A program made the position numbers and the translations under genes. DNA of 59,767 bases, the filler included, from Sphacelaria rigidula (Eukaryota): assembly GCA_964200075.2 (NCBI GenBank). It is 5 parts of 5 records of this genome, joined end to end, with 100 filler letters (N's around TTAATTAATTAA, not from the genome) between each part and the next. Parts side by side here need not be neighbours in the genome. Positions count along the whole stretch, not along the records: positions 47,896 to 59,767 come from CAXNAA020004394.1; 4 more parts are not named here. The stretch is one strand, 5' to 3'. Shown here one piece after another: positions 51,401 through 59,767 of the stretch. The notes under the pieces were generated by a model that was not told the DNA's origin, searched no databases, and saw only the letters and a program-made list of their open reading frames with translations. Positions within the stretch are counted from its first letter, which is position 1, and every line of letters begins with the position of its first letter.

Positions 51401-54400
51401 GGGGAAATGGACACGAGTACACGAAGCAATTCCGGGAATGAATAAGGAAGGGCATTTGGGGGCGAGGTAAAAAACAAACGGAGTGGAACACGTCAGAGCT
51501 CGAGAGAAACAAAATGGTGGCCCAATCTCTGCAGGATCGTTAACCTGTGCGTGCCCCACACTACATCCACAAGCCCAAGAGTCATTATCCAGACCACAGA
51601 TACAACGCCCGCGGCAAACAGTCTTCGGCGGGAGGATAGTGGCTCCTCACAAGGCGCCAGCGGTCATAGCTTGTGATAGTGTTGATAAGAAAAATGAGGG
51701 AGAGGTGGAGAACAGGCAAGTAATATCCTGAGCCGTTCAGATCAGCTTCACTAACCTCCGAGATATCGGAGCGTATCTTCCGCATCCTCTGCATGACCTT
51801 GCCGAAGTCAATCCCAACCTCCCCCGACAGCTGCACTCCAAACTCCGCGGAATTTTGGACTTCATGCAGCCTCGTCGCGCACGCGATCAGCGCCTGTAAT
51901 TTTTTGTTTGGGCCAGAATATGTGTTCACAGAGTACATGGTTTCATCACGAGGGTTAACATGGTGAACACGAGAATTTTCCACACGTGAGCGCGTGGTAC
52001 TTCAAGATTGGAATTTTTCAACTGTGAGCGAGGAGGTCTGGATCAACGAGTCTGATACCCATGTTGTTAAGTGAAAACCGATGAGAAGTGATGGCAGCAT
52101 ATAGACCGCCCTTGCGCAACTTCGACTTGGTATTGAGTCTCATGGTATGCGTATTTTCAAAATAAGTAATGCTTTGTGTCTACCGTGCTGCTCATTTTCT
52201 CCGGAAATTTGAAATGTGTGTAGACTGGAATAAGTATTGCATTCTAGCTGGCATCTGACCATGATGGATATCCAATGGCATCTGACATGATCTGAGACTC
52301 AAAATGATCCAGCGTCGCCCAGGAAACCCGAAAGCGCTTGCAAATGAAGGACACAACATACTGCAACGTGTCATAGTCAACACTCTCAACAACACAGTAA
52401 TTCTACAGTATGCCCTTATCTTTTTATATATATATATTTGTCGCGCTTTGAACCCCTCCTTTTCCTCGGGATGTGTCCGTGGTCTCAAGGGATCAACTCA
52501 TCTCTCCCTCGGTACATGTCCCGACAAGAATTAATCATGCTGTGTAAAAAAAAGGACCCCCAAAATACTTTAGTCCAAACGTTTGATAAAAAACATGTCA
52601 ACAGTTCAGGAATACGATGTACCAGATACCAGGAATTGCCACACTCCATACCTTCGACGGGACGCAGCCTACGTTGAGGCAGTCACCGCCCATGGCGTGC
52701 TGCTCCACCAGGGCGCAAGTCTTGCCCAAGCCGTTAGCGATGATCACGCTCAGTAATCCAGCCGCTCCCGAACCAATCACCACCTATATCAACCAAAACA
52801 GCCACAGATGAGGTACAAGAGCAAAAATTGAGAGTAGCACCGACTGCAAAAAAATAAGGCATACGTCAGTCGGGGGTTTTCTGCAGGGAAGCCTCGGGGG
52901 AACCAGAAGAGTAGAGAACGAGAGTTCAGAAAAAAGGGTCAAATTGCTCGCGAGACCCCTTTGCATGCTTCACCCAGCTCACGGCCAATTCATACCCCCT
53001 ACATGAAAAATGACGGAGAGAAAACACCTCGCTTCGACGTACCTTCAGCACTAGGGCAACCGAAGACTCGCTCATCTTCCTCGGCAGCGTACAGACACAT
53101 AGGTCGTCAATCAAACCGCAGGTGCCGTACTGCACACATACCCTATTAATCCCATAAACTCACGAGGTCGTACTTGTCCAGCGGCTCGGGGTTAACGTAG
53201 TCCGTGGGCCCGGTGTTTGCCACGAGTTTAGTGTTAAACTCATCCTTTGGCAAGAACTCCGCTTGTGGGGCCGCCGCCAAGGGGTCCTTAGATCCCGGCC
53301 GGATGTTAATTTCCGGCGTCATCTCTTTGGTCCCCGTGAGGGGACCCAGCAAATCGGCGCTGTGAGTTTCATATACCGTGCGCCGGGCGGCGGCGGCGGC
53401 GGCGGCGGGGGGGGGTATAATTCATTTCGTCGCGGAACAGAGTTGAGGGATATGAGGGCATTAGAGGTGGTACTGCACTTGTGTACAGCGTGGAGTGAAA
53501 ATCGAAAAAATGGGGAGTTGCAGAGATACTGACAAGTCTGTTTTTATTCTCCATGTGTGTTTTAAACGTCACCACATGCTGCCGTAATTTCGAAACTATG
53601 CTCGTTCAATCTTACCATGAGAGGGGGAAATGCGGCAATATAGTGTATCCGCGCAGGAGAAGCGAGGCAGCAGAAGGCGATGCGTCCCAGTGGTTGGGGG
53701 AAGGGCGACGGGAGTTTTGGGAATGTCGTCGCTGTGGGAGAAAGCAGCATGAGCATAAGTGAGGACGGTTCATGACTCGTTCTACCTGTGAAATTTGAAT
53801 GCCATGGTATAAGGAGTGACTTTGCTAAGGGTCGAAAGACACACGTGACCATCGCCATCGAAAATGACGAGTCAACGACTGGGCGCTTAATACCGAACCT
53901 GACGATATTCCTAAACGAATGAAGTTGGGAGCCGTGTCTTGAGTGAAACAGTCCGGGAGCTTGCGTTGCTGGCACACGAAGCGGCAGCACCCCTCACCCC
54001 GACCTCCCTCCAAAACTACTGTGTTCGTTGCGTCGCCCTCGACGAACAAATTTGCAGGTATATGCCACCCAATTTGAACTGCTACAAAAAATTTATAACT
54101 CTACAGCACACTCAGCGCCGTACGACAACGCGCACATGACCTCAGGTCCCTCTACAGTGTAGTATACGAGCTGGGCCAGCTAAGAACAGGCGTGAATCTC
54201 GCTCAGGCGACGCAACGCGCGATATTAGGAGTTGGATCCTGAAATTTTGACAGTAGCTTTTCATGATCGAAATGCAGAAGATCACGGGTCCAGCAAATAA
54301 AAGAATAGAAAAATAAAAAGTTATGGGCATTTGAAATTCCTGCAAAAACAAGATAATGCCATAAGTCCAGGAAAAAAAGGAGAATCTGCAGCTGGTCTCC

Positions 54401-57400
54401 TGAAGTATTAGTTCCTTCGGGGCAGAACGTCTTCCTGAAATTTCAGCTCAAGACTCGTCGAATTGGGCCGTGCGTTCAACATTTCCCGTGACGCTGCTGC
54501 ACCCCCATAAATCAAGTGATGGGAGACTCCAAATATGGAGGTTATGAGTTCGAATCCCGATAGATTCTCTTTTTTTTCGTCCGTCGTTAAGGCCATACAT
54601 TATGCAGTACATTTTTTTCCATTTATTTTTTCAGTCAGCCGCGGTGCCGTGGGTTACCAGGTTGGTCTACACTTCACAGTGATATGCTTACATCGGTTCA
54701 TTCGGGAAAATGGGGAAGCTGTGGCGCAAGTTTTAGCAGCTTTTAAGCTGGCCCAGCTCGTAGCCTAGTTCGTCTTCAGGAGGCGGCCATTTTTCTTGGA
54801 TAATAACATAGGATAACAGCGATATGATGGCTAATGCATCTGTCTAGGTAGCAGCCCTCTCCTCTCCCTCCTCACCCCTTCTTCCTTTGAAGGGTTGGGG
54901 TCGGCTGGCAACGACGTCGTAACAGACGCCGCACACTGAATAGGCTAGGCCACCAGCTTTTTGTTTGTTTTTATCGTCCGCGTTTTTTGCGGTAACTATG
55001 ATGGTGGTCGAGTCAGATCACACTGTGCGGGGTGGAGAACCTCAACTCCGCGTGAAGGGTATGATCGTACTTTATAGTGCTGAAATGATGAGACACCCAT
55101 GAGGCGGTGCAACTCATGGCTGTCTCCGCAAGTGGCGATACCAGAAAATGAAGCAACTCATTCGAGGCTGTCATCCATCATACGCAATATGAACTGTACA
55201 ACGGGCGTCCGGTTTCAAGAAATATTACGTCGAGAAAAAAGGGCTCAAATTGTCGGGAAAAACAGGAAAATGGGTGTACAAAAACAGTTCAACTCAGGCA
55301 ACAAAACAAGAAACAGTAATGTAAGAAACAGCGCAGTGCTAGCGTTCAGAGAGACTGTACGATATTTGACGATTTTCAACAGTTATTTCACCCATCACAG
55401 TACACCCCCGCCAAAAAAAAGTCACTGCAGAACCCGGTCGCGGAAAAATATAGTACAGTACAGTACAGTAGCAGTACGAGTACTGTCGTGGCGTGGTAAT
55501 GTTGTAATCTTCGGCTGCGTCTGACCTTTACAACGTCAACGTGGCGCCTGGACTCGTACCATGTAAAAAATAAGAAACAAGAGACTGAAAATTGATGAAT
55601 TTAGCCGGGAAAAATGAGAGACATCAACCCTTTTGAGACCGGACTCCCAGGAACATGGTGTTTCCACGCAGCAGCCATTTAGTGAATCGGCATTATTTTC
55701 AGTCGTTTCCAAGTAAAAATGATGCCGATTCACAATAAAGGCCGCTGCGCGCAAAGACCATGTTTCTGGGAGTTCGGTCCCCAAAGGATTGATCTATTAT
55801 GAGAAATTCTGCAGGTGACGCGCTGGTGAGGGCACGCACAGGAAGATTTCAAGACTTCGACCCTGTAGGTCGAATTGAAGTTTCTGAACATCGAGCGCCC
55901 ACGGTACTCTGCGGGCCGAAAAAACTTGAAATGTAGCACACTCCTCATCCGACTCGCCGAACCTAATACGGCGCTTTGTGCTCGGTGGTTGATTGCGAGC
56001 CTGGTCCGGCGAACACTCGGCGTGCTCCGTCCCGGCTTTGTAGGGATGCGAGGTCAACGGTCCTATGATTACGACATGCAAAATCATGAGGACACCACCT
56101 CCCCCCCACCCCACATCGACTCGTCGCCGCGACATTAATCAACAATCAACATGCTGCTCTTGGACGCTTGTTTTGCTTTTCGCTGCTTTGTTGGTACCGT
56201 TAAGACGGACCCTTAGAGTTAGTGTTGAGGTGTAGTTGGATTGGGGTCTACTTTGACCGCCAGGATGGGCGATCTGGGTCGATGTGCACCATTTAGTTGA
56301 AGGCGATGCCAATTCAACAGATGACCCACCATGGCGATCGGAGGTTCAATTGTTGCCTGAGATGGAAAACGGCCCTCGCTACGAGTGGTGGTGGCCTTCT
56401 GAGTTTGCCATAAGCAGAGTAGTTCGTTCAACCATGGATTCGGGGAGACGGGCTGGGGAGAACTACCCTCAAACTCACCCAACCAAAGCGGAGTTGTTGT
56501 TGTTGTTGTTATCTTTACACCAAAAAGTCGCTGGGATATATCTGCGCAGTGCACCCTGTACTGGGCATCTGACGCGGACACTGGTCACAGGCGAGCGCGA
56601 AATAGGGTATGAGTAATACAAGCTCTGTATGCGCATCCAATTTGATCGGCGGAGATGTTTTTCTGTTCTTCCGCAACCTGAAGTCCCTGCAAGTTTTAAT
56701 ACTTGAACGTGTCTATCCCCGGACGGGAGGGGACGGTTCCAAAAGGTGGTGATTGCCTTCACGTCATACATTATTCGCGGGAGCCAATAAAACCCCCCGA
56801 CAACGTGTGATTTCTGCTTCCGGCTGCGCTGCTTGCTAGGAGTTCCTTTGGGTACGCTCAGAGTGTGGCCGATACACGGTTTTATCGGGAGTGCGGGATA
56901 TCTCGGCAACTCGGCAATGGATTTACCGTATTACCGAATACATGGTCCCGCACGCAGATGCGCACAGTCGATCGCTTTTACGGACATACAATACGCCGAG
57001 CCGAGGGTGCGCCCGGCATATATTGCTGCCGACGTGTCTGCACAGACGGTACATGCTACACGTTGAGCGTGATGTACACGCTTTTGTGATGGGCACGCGT
57101 TTTCGCGTCAACTGCATCATGCGCAACACTGCACGGAAATGTCGAAACACTGCACGGAAATAACGGCCGGATAGGGTAACAACAGTGTATCACTGAATGA
57201 CCTGGTCCAACGACAGTGTTGCAAACGTTTGAAGGAGAGTTTGAATTTCCCCGGTTTTCTTGGGGTGGGGCATCTGCTATGAATTCAAACAGACGTGAAC
57301 AGCTCTCGCATCAACGTGTTCGCCCGTGTAGGCCCAGTTCTGTTCATTGCATGCGTTTGGTGTCGATGAACTCGGACTAGTAGGTGCAGCTACAGCGTGA

Positions 57401-57924
57401 CAGACGCGAAACAAATTTACGAGATGAACAACAGTAATCTCGGCATCATATGGTGAACAGTGCATGTGCTGTAGGTGAAACGGTACACAAAACCAGATTG
57501 ACGCAGTCACAACAGTAGTACGAACTCATCACACCGCCCGCGTGCAGTACATGTGCCAGTCTGTTCAGCCTACGCCTGTCGACACGAATAACACATAACA
57601 GTGCACGAAAACAAAAATCATGCATCACTTGATGGATGCTCACATAGTCTTGGTGCCGGCCTTGAGCTGCGCGATGATCTCAGCCGCTTGGGCGTCAACG
57701 CTGGCCTCCGACATGGGTGCTCCTGACATTCTACTAGTAAGTGTAACTCGACCTTTCCTGCCACTCGACAGCGATGATAGCTTAGCGGAAGTACGCCTGT
57801 AGGGAGTACTTGAGCTGAGGAAACACTGGGAAAAAGGAGGCGACTGAAAGAAGACCAGTGCGGCTAGTAATGTGACTGGTTGGGCAGCCAACCGAGTCCT
57901 TCTCGATAGTAACGGTCGGGCCAT
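48443..57924 (-). CDS. Class I pyridine nucleotide-disulfide oxidoreductase (mercuric reductase/dihydrolipoamide dehydrogenase-like), probably plastid-targeted; first six exons
   Basis: Exons 57924-57644, 53359-53164, 52783-52652, 51893-51756, 50293-50177 and 48622-48443, all AG/GT, phases 2,0,0,0,0. Contains the FAD-binding YDLVVIGSGAAG, the redox dithiol GGDCLNVGCVPSK, the ATG motif VATGAS and the NAD(P)H-binding VIGAGPIGLE. N-terminal hydrophobic signal TLLAALVFF..SQC|FL plus an S/R-rich transit peptide. The C-terminal half is missing at the contig end. Confidence 0.92.
55628..55787. mobile_element. piggyBac-like MITE, intronic
   Basis: tcaa|cccttttgagaccgg ... tcggtccccaaagga|ttga: degenerate CCCTT TIRs with TTAA-like flanks. 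Confidence 0.45.
55996..56110 (+). repeat. Copy of the interspersed poly-C-tailed repeat module
   Basis: gcctggtccggcgaacactcggcgtgctccgtcccggctttgtagggatgcgaggtcaacggtc...atcatgag...ccccc closely matches 11470-11578. Confidence 0.85.
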
Positions 57925-59767
57925 CGGATTCGGCTGTCGGGAGGATATGGCGTGCACACCTGTTCTCTATCCAATCGTATGATTCAGACCCGCATTCAAA
58001 AGGTATAAGATTAACACAAAAGAACGTCCGTATCGTGACCACTTCAAATAACGAACTGCGGATAGACAACGGCGAGTGGAATACTCATGATACTCGTATG
58101 AGCACATAAATTCTGGCGAGGAAAATGCAACCGTATATCAGAGTAATGGTACGGTAGGGTTGCACTTTTTGCGGGAAATCTTGATAACCCGACTCTGTCT
58201 CATGAGCAGAGGCTCCTATGTAAAGATTCTAGATGCGCAAGAACATGTGGGTCAGGGCACCCCCGCTTGCAAATTCATTCGGGATATCCCTAGCATATTG
58301 GAATAGTAATATTATTGTAGGCATGAACCACCAGGGAACCCAACAGAGGCGCGAGCAAAACGAAGGAGAACATCAGTTCTGCAAGGAAAAATGAAAATAT
58401 ATATGCAGAAAGTAAATAAATTGAGAGGGGGAGGAGAAGAATATGGCTCCTACTTCATGACCAACGGGTTATGTCCACGGATATCTGAAATAATGTGACA
58501 GTAAAAAAAATTGCCCTGCTCCTCGGTGTGTCGCCGCGGCATGGTCGTACAGGGATACCTTCGAAAGGAAGCGGCGCCCTGACACACGGGGTCGCTTACG
58601 CCAGAGAGAAACATGTTCAAGTTAGCTGTTAGATATTCTATGTAAAGAGTGCTCGGTTGCTGAACGACTTTCAACTCAACTTTCGGTGGCGGCGCCTATA
58701 TTCTCTGCCATCCGTGCCATACGATGGGCCTGCTGTGGCTAAAGTCATAGTGGGCACGGTGTCCATACACGACGTATGATTTGCCTGACGCGTGTTGAAT
58801 CGGTAGAAACGAAACTACGGGGTTTACGAATGTCGGTGCTCAGGAACGCTCAAGTAAAACACCTCGACTACATAGTAGACAACACTATTAGACAACAGGT
58901 GGGGGGAGTATCGTACGGCGTATTCCCTGTCCCCCAGCCAGGCATCGATGAACGACGAAATAAATGCTTTACAGGCGGATACAACACACATGGGGGCCCG
59001 GAGAAGTTTCTTTCCATCAAAATCTTTGTATTCCAAGCTGCAAAGGCGTTCCATGCGCATTGTTTACTAATGCGAACGGTAACTTGTCGATTTCTGTTCC
59101 GTTGTTCGAGCGCTGTCCGATGACGATCCCGGAAAAGTTTCGTATTGCTGTTCGACAGTTTCTTCGGATGTTTGACTGGACCCGAAGCGGCGACCTTCCC
59201 TCAGGTTTTCAGAACCGTTTCAATTTTGTGGATGCAGATAATAAAAACCAAACTCTCTAGCTTCCACAGGTCTTGCGACATCGATGCAGTTGCTTAGCGT
59301 GACCACGTCCTCCTGACATCGAAATAATTATTACTGATGGGAAGCTACTATTCGTACTGTACCGAGCTGTTCACGTGACCAGCGTGCTGCACATTGCCTA
59401 TGCGCCGCGCTAGCAACAGTGAGGTTACCACCATAGGTATCGTTTTTACCCCGCATGTCAAAAACGTCTCTGCAAGTGTTTGATCTCGCATACACCCCCC
59501 TCAACTGGCGTGTGGCAGGCTGTTCTCGTAGCCCACCCCCTCGGGAGAGGTCGGCGAAAATCAACGATGATTAACACCCCCTGAGTTCAAATTGGACATA
59601 TCTGTAATTGCCGCAGCACCGCCCTTCCTGGCATGTGTGTGACAGAGAACAATAGTAGCGGTGACGGGAACATTGGCCTCTTTTTTCAGCGACATGTTTT
59701 TCAGCGCACAGAGGCGCGTCCTATCCAGAAGGAGAGGCAGAGAGAAATCGATCTTCGCGTTGGCGAC

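Noticed and set aside
54500..54570. tRNA gene (GAGTTCGAATCCC)
   Set aside because: Only a T-arm/B-box is present; no acceptor stem or D-arm can be folded.
29745..57924. Minus-strand exons of the reductase and TPP2 as one gene or a gene cluster
   Set aside because: They lie on different contigs separated by artificial linkers and encode unrelated families.

Overview
Eukaryotic, intron- and transposon-rich DNA, most likely from a photosynthetic stramenopile such as a brown alga. This is inferred from long MITE-filled spliceosomal introns and two bipartite signal-peptide/plastid-transit N-termini. The window is not one locus: it is five contigs of 11875, 11874, 11873, 11873 and 11872 bp, in descending size order, joined by identical 100-nt N44-TTAATTAATTAA-N44 linkers, so no synteny can be read across the linkers. 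Four partial spliced genes can be reconstructed with consistent intron phases: the 5' part of Misato/MSTO1 (+, with a GC-AG intron), the 3' end of tripeptidyl peptidase II (-), the 5' six exons of a probably plastid-targeted mercuric-reductase-like flavoprotein disulfide reductase (-), and exon 1 of an unknown plastid-targeted protein (-). The rest is mostly mobile DNA: a decayed Penelope-like RT with no downstream GIY-YIG, an AcademX-like (XPG/FEN1 nuclease + Cys-rich finger) remnant, probable gypsy, copia and tyrosine-recombinase relics, two ~450-480 bp foldback palindromes in TPP2 introns, a CAC-ended TIR family with inverted 43-bp arrays, several MITE/SINE families and microsatellites. I see no CRISPR array, rRNA gene, intact tRNA gene or convincing novel multi-gene system.
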